A stretch of DNA of 64,000 nucleotides from a candidate division WOR-3 bacterium (lineage in GTDB: Bacteria; Hydrothermota; 32-111): contig JBDRZU010000001.1 of assembly GCA_039804105.1 (NCBI GenBank), positions 128,001 to 192,000 on the forward strand. The letters run 5' to 3'. Each line of letters starts with the position of its first letter. The stretch's first letter is position 1. This document shows positions 37,772 through 47,105 of this stretch, one piece after another. The position numbers and the translations under genes were made by a program. The notes beneath the pieces were generated by a model that did no database searches, was not told the DNA's origin, and saw only the letters and a program-made list of their open reading frames with translations.

Positions 37772-39924
37772 CTTAGTTTCAAAAATTTTAAAACCGGTTT
37801 GTCCTCAACGAGAACGAAGAATAGTCCATTCTTCAATCTTTTTACATCAACATATTCTTTTGCATTGCATTCGAAAATAGTTTTCCCTGAGATATCTATG
37901 ATCTTTACATGTTTCTGGATATTGTCATTAAACCTTATCAAATTACAGGTCGAATCAAAAATCACTTTTTCATAGTTCATATCTTCAGGATAGAATGAAA
38001 AGTTTATCGTTTTTTCAGTTTGTCCACTATAAGAAATAAAATCTATTTTGTAACTTGATTTTTCTTTAAAATTTTTATCTTTCAAAACAACAGTTTTTCC
38101 GAATTTTGAACAACTATCTATAAATTTAAAGTTATCGTCTATACTTTTATAGAGTTTTATCTCTTTATAATCTTTATCAATCCTTATAGTGACAAAGAGT
38201 GTTTCATCTATTTGTTTACAAAAATAGGAAAGTTCGTTCAAACCCTGTAAATCTGTCGAATCTATAACAAGCCAGTATGTAGTGTTCAATAAGAGTTTCC
38301 TTGAAACACCTTCGTTCCACCCATCGTACAAAAGATCAGAAGGATTACCTGTTCCATCATCAAAGGGAGATGAATCCCCACATCCTGCGACTTTCCCTTT
38401 TCCATATCTTGAAATAGTTAACATAGAATAATTTGTTCCGTAAAGTGCAATCGCTGTTGATTTTAAAGATTTTGGTATCATTGTCCCGGCGTGAAAATAA
38501 AAGTATCCAGAAACTTGACCGAATGGGCCGTTTGTTATTGTATCATTTGCTGTTGAATATATATTTGTTGAATCTGAAATATTGTTATATCCTTCTCCAA
38601 CTTGCTGAAAATGTATTCCAAATGAATCTGAACCGAAATCCTGCCATATTTCAGGTGAATCCCACCCATCTCCATCTCTGTCGGATGATACATGGTCTGC
38701 AATCATAAAAAGTGATCCTCCATCTCGTATGTAATTGAAAATATTTGTTTTTTCTGTTGATGTGAAAGGATTTTGTGGTTCACAGACCACATAGAGATCA
38801 AAATTTTTCAGATCAAGTGGACTTGATGAATTATATCTAATAGGAGAATCTGGTGGTAATGTAAAAACCTGAAAAGTGATTATCTCGCCAGTTGTTGAAT
38901 TGGTTATGTATGCGGTATCAAGTTCAAATCCCCATGCTGATATTGCTCCATCCCAATCGGTTTCATTTGTTGGATTCTGAGGGAGGGGAGTTGGATAATT
39001 CCTATCGATTACCCAATCAGCGTTTCCTGCTGTTTGATTTTTTGTATAGTCGAATAAAACTTTTTTTACTTTTGCTGGAAGAGAAATGGTATAAGAAAAT
39101 GTCGAACTTACAGTTCTGTTGTTTTCATTATCCTTTGCTATTATGAAATAATCAACTGTTCCAGATGTTTGTGGTGGAATTGTAAAAAACCTTTTGGAAA
39201 CTTTAACACTGTCATGAAAAACTGTTGACCAGATTCCACCGTTAACTCTGTAATATAATGAATCTGTTGAAACTGAAACATCATCTGTAATATCAGCTGA
39301 AACAGTAACTATATCAACTGGTGTTACAGTTGTTGGTATCCTTTGAACATTTGTTATTACTGGAGATGAAGTTGTTGAAAGTGTATCACCAAAATAAACT
39401 GAATCTATATAGATTGTTCCGTTTCCTGTAAAACCGGTTAGATCATAAAATCTAAATCCAACTCTTACATAGTAACAGTTTGCAGGAGTTGTGATGAGTG
39501 TTTCTGGAAAAAATTGCCATAAGTTTGAATTCCCAACAGAATCGAGAGTAAAATTGTTTGAAAGAAAAGTGTATGTTGAACCATAATAGTTTAGATAAAT
39601 TTTTGCATATAGATATTGATCATTATCGTAAACATAAGATTTTATTCTGTACACTTTATTTGGTAGAACTGGAATGTATTCTGATACAATATCGGTAAGA
39701 GACTGATTTTTTGTGAAAATATTTGCTTTTAAACTGTAATTTCCTGAAAATGAAAATGTAGATTTTTCGATAAAAAAGGAGTCGGGAAACAAAGAATCTG
39801 GAAACCAGTTCAAAGGATGATTATTATCAGCCCAGTTTTCAAAATCACTGTTCAAAAGAAGGTTCGATTGAAATGAGAAAATAAAACATATAAAAATTGA
39901 TAAAATCAAAAAAAATTTTTTCAT
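37768..39924 (-). CDS. Secreted multidomain protein (CBM-like, Ig-like, GATase1-like, T9SS CTD-like)
   Basis: Signal peptide; NLLLNSDFE...IYIDSV; KKVLFD...TAGNADWVID...GDSSPFDDG; C-terminal KIIDISGK...LKNGLFFV...KFLKLR. Confidence 0.65.
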   Translation of the reverse strand: MKKFFLILSIFICFIFSFQSNLLLNSDFENWADNNHPLNWFPDSLFPDSFFIEKSTFSFSGNYSLKANIFTKNQSLTDIVSEYIPVLPNKVYRIKSYVYDNDQYLYAKIYLNYYGSTYTFLSNNFTLDSVGNSNLWQFFPETLITTPANCYYVRVGFRFYDLTGFTGNGTIYIDSVYFGDTLSTTSSPVITNVQRIPTTVTPVDIVTVSADITDDVSVSTDSLYYRVNGGIWSTVFHDSVKVSKRFFTIPPQTSGTVDYFIIAKDNENNRTVSSTFSYTISLPAKVKKVLFDYTKNQTAGNADWVIDRNYPTPLPQNPTNETDWDGAISAWGFELDTAYITNSTTGEIITFQVFTLPPDSPIRYNSSSPLDLKNFDLYVVCEPQNPFTSTEKTNIFNYIRDGGSLFMIADHVSSDRDGDGWDSPEIWQDFGSDSFGIHFQQVGEGYNNISDSTNIYSTANDTITNGPFGQVSGYFYFHAGTMIPKSLKSTAIALYGTNYSMLTISRYGKGKVAGCGDSSPFDDGTGNPSDLLYDGWNEGVSRKLLLNTTYWLVIDSTDLQGLNELSYFCKQIDETLFVTIRIDKDYKEIKLYKSIDDNFKFIDSCSKFGKTVVLKDKNFKEKSSYKIDFISYSGQTEKTINFSFYPEDMNYEKVIFDSTCNLIRFNDNIQKHVKIIDISGKTIFECNAKEYVDVKRLKNGLFFVLVEDKPVLKFLKLR

Positions 39925-39961
39925 TTTACACTTACCTTATTTATTTTTTTATTCATTTTAT

Positions 39962-39989
39962 TTTATACCGATAAAAAAAGAATTGTCAA
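39962..39989 (-). promoter_or_regulatory. Sigma70-type promoter for the cargo-smpB-amidase-murI block
   Basis: TTGACA-N16-TATAAA on the minus strand, with SD-like AAGGT before the ATG at 39924. Confidence 0.55.
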
Positions 39990-40048
39990 GTAAAATTGGA
40001 TATTGATTTTTTGACAAATTGTTATAACATTTAAAAAAAGGAGTATAT

Positions 40049-40906
40049 TTGAAATCTATAGATGTTTATCTTTATTTGAGATTTTCAAAAGACGAAAAAG
40101 AGGATAAAAAAATTGAAGAGAAAGTTCAAAAATTTTTAGATGAACAAAAAATTTACAGAGTGATAAAAAGGTTTACAGATGATCCTGATTCTGAGGATCG
40201 TGGACTTGCTGAACTTTTTAACTATGCACGAGTGAACGAAAGTGTTAAGAAGGTACTCGCATATTCAAGAGAGAATATTTCTCCTGATGATATTTTTACT
40301 ATGTGGGTTGAAAAGGAACTGATCAAGTATGGTGTAACTGTAAGATACATTGATGAAAAAATATCGGATTCTATCGATTATGAAATTTTAAGGGAAAAAA
40401 TTATAGGTGCTTTTGCAAGGTATGAAAAAGAAAAACTTCCAAACAAACTCGCTGCACATAGAGTTTTAAGAACAGTTGAAAAAAGATTAAAATCGAGTGG
40501 TAATTGTCCGTTAGGTTATAAATATGTTGGGAAAGTCAACGATAAAAGAATAGTTGTGGTAAAGGAAGAAGCAGAGATAGTTAAACTTATCTTCAACAAA
40601 TATTTAGAGTTCAAATCTCTTGGTCGATTAAAAGAATATCTTCAGAAGAACAATATAAGGACAAAAAGGGGGAAAATTTTTTCAAGACAGGCATTGTACA
40701 ACATTTTAACAAACAAGTTCTATATAGGTTTTTTGTCATACAACTATTATAAGTATATTGAAACCGAAAAAAACAAGAGGAAACCTGTTTTAATCGAGGA
40801 AAGAAGAGTTGAAGGTAAACATGAGAGGATCATCGATAGAGAAATTTTTGAAGAGGCGAACAGAATACTTGAAGAGAACAACAAACATAAAAACGATCTT
40901 ATTTGA
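40049..40906 (+). CDS. Serine-recombinase-family protein (resolvase plus recombinase domain), catalytically degenerate
   Basis: [27 protein letters not shown] and [12 protein letters not shown]. DRLxR motif lost and no zinc ribbon. SD AAGGAG with TTG start. Confidence 0.8.
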   Translation: MKSIDVYLYLRFSKDEKEDKKIEEKVQKFLDEQKIYRVIKRFTDDPDSEDRGLAELFNYARVNESVKKVLAYSRENISPDDIFTMWVEKELIKYGVTVRYIDEKISDSIDYEILREKIIGAFARYEKEKLPNKLAAHRVLRTVEKRLKSSGNCPLGYKYVGKVNDKRIVVVKEEAEIVKLIFNKYLEFKSLGRLKEYLQKNNIRTKRGKIFSRQALYNILTNKFYIGFLSYNYYKYIETEKNKRKPVLIEERRVEGKHERIIDREIFEEANRILEENNKHKNDLI

Positions 40907-40909
40907 TTA

Positions 40910-43693
40910 ATGGAAAAAATAGTTGTTAAAGGTGCAAAGGTCCACAACCTTAAAAATATATCCTGCGAAATTCCCAAAAGAAAATTCATCGTGATAACCG
41001 GCGTGAGCGGATCTGGAAAATCATCTTTTGCTTTTGACACTCTCTATGCTGAAGGTCAAAGAAGGTATGTTGAATCACTATCTTCCTATGCGAGACAGTT
41101 TTTAGGGGTTCTCGAAAAACCTGAGGTTGAAAGAATCGATGGCCTTTCACCTGCTATTTCTATTGAACAAAGAAGTATTGCAAAAAACCCAAGATCAACC
41201 GTTGCTACGATAACAGAGATATATGATTATTTAAGAGTTCTCTTTGCAAGAGTTGGCGATATATACTGCTATAACTGTTCAAGACCTGTTATAAAGATGA
41301 GTGTTGATCAGATAGCTGATGAAATACTCTCATTCGCAGGAAAAGTTATAACGATCCTTTCACCAGTTGTTAGAAATAAAAAAGGAGAATTTAAGGAATA
41401 TTTTAAAATTTTGATGAAGAAGGGATATACAAAAATTTTAGTTGATGGACAGACGAAACGGCTGGAAGAGGATATTATACTTGAAAAAAACAGGTTACAT
41501 AATATTTCCATAATTATAGACAAGATAAAAATTGATAATGTTAGCAGAATGCGTTTGACACAATCTTTGGAATTGGCTTTAAAGGAATCTTCAGGGATCG
41601 TTTCGATCTTAACTGAAGATGGACAGGAAAAATTATTTAACACCTCACTTTCATGTCCTTTTTGTAACATATCTTATGGTGAAATCTCTCCAAGAAGTTT
41701 CTCCTTCAACTCTCCTATAGGTGCATGTCCAGTATGTCATGGACTTGGATATAGTATAGAGGCAGATGAAGAACTAATAATTGCTAACGAGGAGCTCTCT
41801 TTATGGGAAGGAGCAATTCATCTCTGGACTGATATATCAAAAAGAACAGATCTTTTAGAACTTGCAAAAATTTTAAAAGTTGATCTAAAAAATAGTTATA
41901 AAGAATTACCTGCTTTTTTTAAAAGAATACTATTTTATGGAATAAAAGATGATGATTATATGTCCTTCAATATTCCAGAAAATTTCTCGTTTGAGTCGAT
42001 AACAGAGTATTTGAAAAGGATCTACCATTCAACGGATTCGGATTGGATGCAACAGGAAATGGGTAAATATCTAATATTTGCAAAATGTAAGGTATGCAAT
42101 GGCGCAAGATTGAAAAAAGAGTACCTTTCAGTTAAGATTAACGGTTTAAACATATATGAGATGACACAGATGAATATTTATAACTCTCTTGATTTTTTTA
42201 AAAATAAAATTTCTTTTAATGAAACGAAAAAAGAGATTTCAAAAGATCTTATTAAGGAAATAATAAAAAAACTCGAATTCCTTGTAAATGTTGGAGTTGG
42301 TTATTTAACATTGGAAAGATCTGTTGAAACTCTATCAGGTGGTGAAGCACAGAGAGTACATCTTGCAACACAGATCGGAAGTGGATTAAACGATGTTATG
42401 TATGTTCTCGATGAACCTTCTATTGGTTTGCACCAGAGGGATGTTAAATTGCTTATAGAAACTTTAAAAGATCTTAGAGATAGAGATAATACTGTCATAG
42501 TTGTTGAACATGATAAAAATTTTATAAAAGAAAGTGATCATATAATAGATTTTGGACCTGGTGCTGGAGATTTTGGGGGCAATATTGTTTTTCAAGGTAG
42601 TTTTGAAGAGATCTTAAAATCGAAGGATTCTCTGACAGGAAAATTTTTGATTGGTAAAGAAAAAGTTTTTGAAAGAAAAGAGGAAAGAAAATTTGATGAT
42701 AACAACTTTATTTTGATAAAAAATGCCTGTGAGCACAATTTAAAAAATATTGATGTGAAGATACCACTTGGATGTTTTGTATGTGTAACTGGAGTTTCTG
42801 GCAGTGGGAAATCGACTCTTGTCAATGATATTCTTTACAATGCTGTCAGAAGGTACTTAAAAGTTTCGAGAATCAAACCAGGAAAACATGATGGTATAGA
42901 AAATTTGCATTTTATAGATAAGGTTATAAACATAGATCAATCACCTATAGGTAGAACTCCAAGATCGAACCCAGCAACATATACTGGAGTTTTTACATAT
43001 ATTAGGGATTTCTTTTCCCAGTTAAAAGAATCAAAAATGAGAGGATACAAACCGGGTAGATTTTCGTTCAATGTCCCAGGTGGAAGATGTGAATCTTGTG
43101 AAGGAGACGGATACAAAAAGATTGAAATGTATTTCCTTCCACCAGTATATGTTCAATGTGATGTTTGTAATGGAAAAAGATTCAACGAGGAAACTTTGCA
43201 GGTTAAGTATAAGGGTAAAAATATTTCAGATGTTTTGAATATGACAGTTATAAACGCTATGGAACTTTTTAAAGATATTCCTAAAATCATTAAAAAGTTG
43301 GAAATTTTGAACGAAGTTGGACTCGGTTACATTAAACTTGGACAACCTGCTGTTTCTCTTTCAGGGGGTGAAGCACAAAGGATAAAACTTGCAAAAGAGC
43401 TTTCGAGAACGGACACCGGTAGAACTTTGTATATTCTCGATGAACCTTCAACTGGATTACATTTTTATGATGTTAAACTTTTACTTAAAGTGCTTGACAA
43501 ATTGGTTAAAAAAGGTAATACTTTAGTTGTGATAGAGCACAATCTTGATATCATAAAATTTGCTGACTGGATAATAGACCTTGGGCCTGAAGGAGGTGAT
43601 GAAGGAGGAAAACTTCTTTTTCAGGGAAAGTTTGATGAATTTTTAAAATGTAAAAATTCTTATACTGCTGAGTACTTAAGAAAAGAGAGATAA
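40910..43693 (+). CDS. uvrA: Excinuclease ABC subunit A
   Basis: Two GVSGSGKS Walker A motifs, two LSGGEAQR signatures, zinc fingers and [12 protein letters not shown]. Confidence 0.97.
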   Translation: MEKIVVKGAKVHNLKNISCEIPKRKFIVITGVSGSGKSSFAFDTLYAEGQRRYVESLSSYARQFLGVLEKPEVERIDGLSPAISIEQRSIAKNPRSTVATITEIYDYLRVLFARVGDIYCYNCSRPVIKMSVDQIADEILSFAGKVITILSPVVRNKKGEFKEYFKILMKKGYTKILVDGQTKRLEEDIILEKNRLHNISIIIDKIKIDNVSRMRLTQSLELALKESSGIVSILTEDGQEKLFNTSLSCPFCNISYGEISPRSFSFNSPIGACPVCHGLGYSIEADEELIIANEELSLWEGAIHLWTDISKRTDLLELAKILKVDLKNSYKELPAFFKRILFYGIKDDDYMSFNIPENFSFESITEYLKRIYHSTDSDWMQQEMGKYLIFAKCKVCNGARLKKEYLSVKINGLNIYEMTQMNIYNSLDFFKNKISFNETKKEISKDLIKEIIKKLEFLVNVGVGYLTLERSVETLSGGEAQRVHLATQIGSGLNDVMYVLDEPSIGLHQRDVKLLIETLKDLRDRDNTVIVVEHDKNFIKESDHIIDFGPGAGDFGGNIVFQGSFEEILKSKDSLTGKFLIGKEKVFERKEERKFDDNNFILIKNACEHNLKNIDVKIPLGCFVCVTGVSGSGKSTLVNDILYNAVRRYLKVSRIKPGKHDGIENLHFIDKVINIDQSPIGRTPRSNPATYTGVFTYIRDFFSQLKESKMRGYKPGRFSFNVPGGRCESCEGDGYKKIEMYFLPPVYVQCDVCNGKRFNEETLQVKYKGKNISDVLNMTVINAMELFKDIPKIIKKLEILNEVGLGYIKLGQPAVSLSGGEAQRIKLAKELSRTDTGRTLYILDEPSTGLHFYDVKLLLKVLDKLVKKGNTLVVIEHNLDIIKFADWIIDLGPEGGDEGGKLLFQGKFDEFLKCKNSYTAEYLRKER

Positions 43694-43702
43694 GGAGGAG
43701 TT

Positions 43703-44146
43703 ATGTCTCCATCACTTTTCTGGATAATCGTTGCTGTTGTTATGTTTATAATCGAAGTCTTAACTCCATTTTTTCTATTTGTTCTATTTTCTTTTGCTGC
43801 TTTAATTTCATCACTTTTCTCTTTATTTTTTCCGAAACTTGTTTTTCTACAAATCCTTATTTTTGTTGTCCTTTCGATCATTTTTGCTTTCACGATAAGA
43901 AAAATTTTCATAAAATACCTTTCAAAGGATGATAAAGGCGGGTTGAAAACTAATGTTGATTCTTATATTGGAAGAGTTTGTAAAGTTGTTACAACTATCG
44001 ACAACTCAAAAGATCAAGGTATATGTGAGATAGATGGTGTAAGATGGAGAGCATATTCTGGTGATGGGAAAGTTATAGAGAAAGATGATTTTGCCAGAAT
44101 CGTAAAAGTCGAAGGGTCACATCTTTATGTCGTTAAAAATGAATAG
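43703..44146 (+). CDS. Short NfeD-family membrane protein
   Basis: Three TM segments followed by an OB-fold (G...IDGVRWRA...VKVEGSHLYV). Confidence 0.8.
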   Translation: MSPSLFWIIVAVVMFIIEVLTPFFLFVLFSFAALISSLFSLFFPKLVFLQILIFVVLSIIFAFTIRKIFIKYLSKDDKGGLKTNVDSYIGRVCKVVTTIDNSKDQGICEIDGVRWRAYSGDGKVIEKDDFARIVKVEGSHLYVVKNE

Positions 44147-44537
44147 ATTTCTTTTGGTTATAATCTTTCTTTTCATTTCTGGATGTTCGTTATTTTACCC
44201 AACAGTTTATGAAGTTTCCAAAACTATGGAGATAGGCGAGATCATTGCTGATTCCATTATAATTGAACCAGGTTTCTATTCTGTTTTATTGAATTCAGAT
44301 TATGTTCTTGACATTTTCTTCTTCTCTTCAAAAAAAGGTTTTGATCTTTTTAGAGATTCATCAAAACTTTATTCAGAATATCTTGAGTATCCGTTAACTT
44401 TTGTTGCAAAATCTTTTATAGATGAAAGATTTTATATCTTTGAAAACAAAAAATTATATTTTGTTATCGATAATTCTGATATTGCAACAGAAAAATCTGG
44501 GAAACCAAACATTTATTTTAAAATAGGAAAAGAATAG
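44139..44537 (+). CDS. Hypothetical lipoprotein
   Basis: MNRFLLVIIFLFISGC lipobox-like signal. Confidence 0.65.
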   Translation: MNRFLLVIIFLFISGCSLFYPTVYEVSKTMEIGEIIADSIIIEPGFYSVLLNSDYVLDIFFFSSKKGFDLFRDSSKLYSEYLEYPLTFVAKSFIDERFYIFENKKLYFVIDNSDIATEKSGKPNIYFKIGKE

Positions 44538-44546
44538 GAGTGAAAT

Positions 44547-45614
44547 GTGGCTGATGTTATTCTGAAAAATGTAACAAAAGTTTTTCCAAATGGCTATGTT
44601 GCGTTGAGAAACATTAACCTTGAAATTGAGGATAAAGAGTTTGTGGTTTTTGTTGGCCCTTCCGGCTGTGGGAAAACAACACTTTTAAGATGTATAGCCG
44701 GACTGGAACAGGTAACTGAAGGTGAGATAATCATTGATCGACAAGTGGTCAACGATGTCCATCCGAAAGATAGAGATATTGCTATGGTTTTTCAAAATTA
44801 TGCTCTCTATCCTCATATGAGTGTTTATGATAATGTTGCTTTTGGTTTGAGGACAAGAGGGTTTTTAAAAGAAGATATAGATAGAAAAGTTAAAGAAGCT
44901 CTCGAAATCCTTGATATAGAAAAATATGCAAAAAGTAAACCGAGAGAACTGTCAGGTGGACAAAGACAGAGGGTTGCAATCGGTAGAGCGATCGTAAGAG
45001 AACCAAAAGTTTTTCTTTTTGATGAACCACTCTCAAACCTTGATGCAAAAATGAGAGTGTCAATGAGAGCAGAAATTTCGAAATTACATAAAAAAATAAA
45101 TACAACGATAATTTATGTTACACATGATCAGACAGAAGCGATGACGATGGGTTCGAAAATTGTTGTGATGAACAATGGGGAGATAATGCAGATCGCTGAT
45201 CCTGATATACTTTACAATAGACCCGCAAATCTTTTCTGTGCAACATTCATAGGTTCACCTCAAATGAACATTTTTGAAAATGTTTATGAAAACGGAGAAA
45301 TTAGATCAGATTTCTTCAATTTTAAAGTCAGATTTGATGTTAAAGATTTAAAAAATGTGTATGTTGGTATAAGACCGGAAGATATCTATATTGATAAAGA
45401 AACTGAAATTTATAGCGAAGGGGTTGTTGAACTTGCTGAATCTTTAGGTGATGTAACTTTTCTTTATGTTAACATTTTTAATAAAACTGTTGTTTTAAAA
45501 ACAACTTTACATAAAAGATTTAAAATTGGAGAGAGTTATAAAATCTATTTTAATAAAAATAAATTTCATTACTTCAACATGGAGGATTCGAAACGGATAG
45601 AACCTATTATCTGA
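44547..45614 (+). CDS. Sugar ABC transporter ATPase (MalK/UgpC/MsmX family)
   Basis: GPSGCGKT, VFQNYALYPHM, LSGGQRQR, DEPLSNLD and a TOBE-like tail. Confidence 0.93.
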   Translation: MADVILKNVTKVFPNGYVALRNINLEIEDKEFVVFVGPSGCGKTTLLRCIAGLEQVTEGEIIIDRQVVNDVHPKDRDIAMVFQNYALYPHMSVYDNVAFGLRTRGFLKEDIDRKVKEALEILDIEKYAKSKPRELSGGQRQRVAIGRAIVREPKVFLFDEPLSNLDAKMRVSMRAEISKLHKKINTTIIYVTHDQTEAMTMGSKIVVMNNGEIMQIADPDILYNRPANLFCATFIGSPQMNIFENVYENGEIRSDFFNFKVRFDVKDLKNVYVGIRPEDIYIDKETEIYSEGVVELAESLGDVTFLYVNIFNKTVVLKTTLHKRFKIGESYKIYFNKNKFHYFNMEDSKRIEPII

Positions 45615-46222
45615 TTCTGATATCTTCAGTTTTACTCCTTGATAATAGGATGTTATTTCAGTCGTTGGTCAGCGAACCTGTCTTTATATTTCCAGTTCTT
45701 TCATTTTTTCTAAAAATCAGTTTTGATAACTCTATTTTATTGTTGTTGATACTTTTCCAAACATTATCAATTTTCTCTCTTCAACTTGGAAAAGTAACAC
45801 CTCCAAATTTTCAGATAGGATTTGTATCATCATTGTTAACATACAGTTTTTTGAGATATCCTCTTTCTTTTTCAATACTTGTTGGAATTTTTTCCTCATT
45901 GATTTTTGGTTATTTTTATATTATAAAAAGGAGAATCAATTTTTATCTATCAAGAAGTTTTAAAATAGAACTTGCTCTATACCTCTCAATAATGATAACA
46001 TTTTTTTCTTATCTATTTTTTCTTTATTCTGAATATTTTCTTTTGACAAAACTTCAATTGTTTAAAACTCAACATAATAATATTTTTATTGTTTCCATAT
46101 TTTTAACACTCACACAGATAAAATATGTTAAAGTAAACAAAAAAATTGAAACTATTTTATTTTTTATGGGAATTCTGTTGGGTTTATTTTTATGCTTAAA
46201 AATAAAATTAAATTGGTTTTAA
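45593..46222 (+). CDS. Degenerate mannose-family PTS IIC-like membrane protein
   Basis: LLLDNRMLFQSLVSEPV and LGKVTPP resemble EIIC-Man motifs. Homology extends upstream of ATG 45650, so the start is proposed at ACG 45593 (or CTG 45611). Confidence 0.55.
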   Translation, partial: TDRTYYLILISSVLLLDNRMLFQSLVSEPVFIFPVLSFFLKISFDNSILLLLILFQTLSIFSLQLGKVTPPNFQIGFVSSLLTYSFLRYPLSFSILVGIFSSLIFGYFYIIKRRINFYLSRSFKIELALYLSIMITFFSYLFFLYSEYFLLTKLQLFKTQHNNIFIVSIFLTLTQIKYVKVNKKIETILFFMGILLGLFLCLKIKLNWF

Positions 46223-46839
46223 AATCACTTTTCGTTCAGGTTTTGTTAAACGAAGACGAAATGCAACTATCTGGTTACAAAATACTTACAAATGGTAAAT
46301 TCAACCATCACATAAACTCAAACCCCTATTTTGCAACTATCGTTTCAGGTTTTATATCAAAGGTTGATGACTTAAAAAAAATAGAGATTTTTGCAAGCAT
46401 TTCAGCGTTTATTGGAGACGATCTGTTTTGGAACAATTTAAAACCTATAACTTTGATGGTATCTCTTTTTGTTTATATTTTTAAAATCGAAACTTATTTT
46501 CTCTTAATTCCTTTCTTAATATATTTTTTTTCAACCAATACTTTAAGGTTTATCGGTTATGAGTATGGAGCAAAAAATAGTGAAACTCTCGGTAATTTTT
46601 ATTCTTCTTTTTTCTTCAAAAATTTTAGATTTTTCCTTTCAAAAGTTAAATATCTTTTGTTTGGATTCTTTACAATCTTTTTACTATATTTAAACTTAAA
46701 AATATTGAATTTAGTTAATTTATATGTTATAATCTTTTTATTATGTATATGGGTAAACATTTTATTTAAAGAGTTTGCCTATATTTTTTTATTTATTTTA
46801 GGAGTTTTGTTAGAAGTACTTTTTAAGGTTTTGTTGTGA
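46192..46839 (+). CDS. Degenerate mannose-family PTS IID-like membrane protein
   Basis: SLFVQ...NEDEMQ.SG, NSNPYF and AFIGDDLFWNNLKP match EIID-Man motifs. Lies directly before HPr and EI. Confidence 0.65.
   Translation: MLKNKIKLVLKSLFVQVLLNEDEMQLSGYKILTNGKFNHHINSNPYFATIVSGFISKVDDLKKIEIFASISAFIGDDLFWNNLKPITLMVSLFVYIFKIETYFLLIPFLIYFFSTNTLRFIGYEYGAKNSETLGNFYSSFFFKNFRFFLSKVKYLLFGFFTIFLLYLNLKILNLVNLYVIIFLLCIWVNILFKEFAYIFLFILGVLLEVLFKVLL
46705..46733 (+). promoter_or_regulatory. Possible internal promoter for ptsH-ptsI
   Basis: TTGAAT-N17-TATAAT with an extended -10 TG, inside the IID-like gene. The AT-rich context weakens this call. Confidence 0.4.
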
Positions 46840-47105
46840 TGATAGAAAAAGAGGTAATTGTAAAAAATAAACTTGGATTACATGCAAGGCCAGCAGCTCT
46901 TCTTGTAAAGAGTTTAGGTAAATTTGAGTCAAAAGTTGAAATACAGAGAGATGATCTGCTGGTTGATGGAAAATCGATTATGGGTATTATGATGCTTGCT
47001 GCTGAACAGGGGGCAAAGTTGATATTTAGAATCGAAGGATCTGATGAAAAGGATGCGATGGATGCTGTAGAGGAACTTTTTGAGAAGAGGTTTTATGAGG
47101 AGTAA
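46836..47105 (+). CDS. ptsH: Phosphocarrier HPr
   Basis: GLHARPA (His15) and GKSIMG (Ser46). Confidence 0.95.
   Translation: MMIEKEVIVKNKLGLHARPAALLVKSLGKFESKVEIQRDDLLVDGKSIMGIMMLAAEQGAKLIFRIEGSDEKDAMDAVEELFEKRFYEE

Noticed and set aside
40011..40024. TTGACAAATTGTTA as a second LexA box before the recombinase-uvrA operon
   Set aside because: Half-sites and spacing differ from the lexA palindrome.
39925..43693. Prophage or integrative element around the 40049 recombinase
   Set aside because: It is flanked by core genes with no att repeats, phage or conjugation genes, or visible composition shift.
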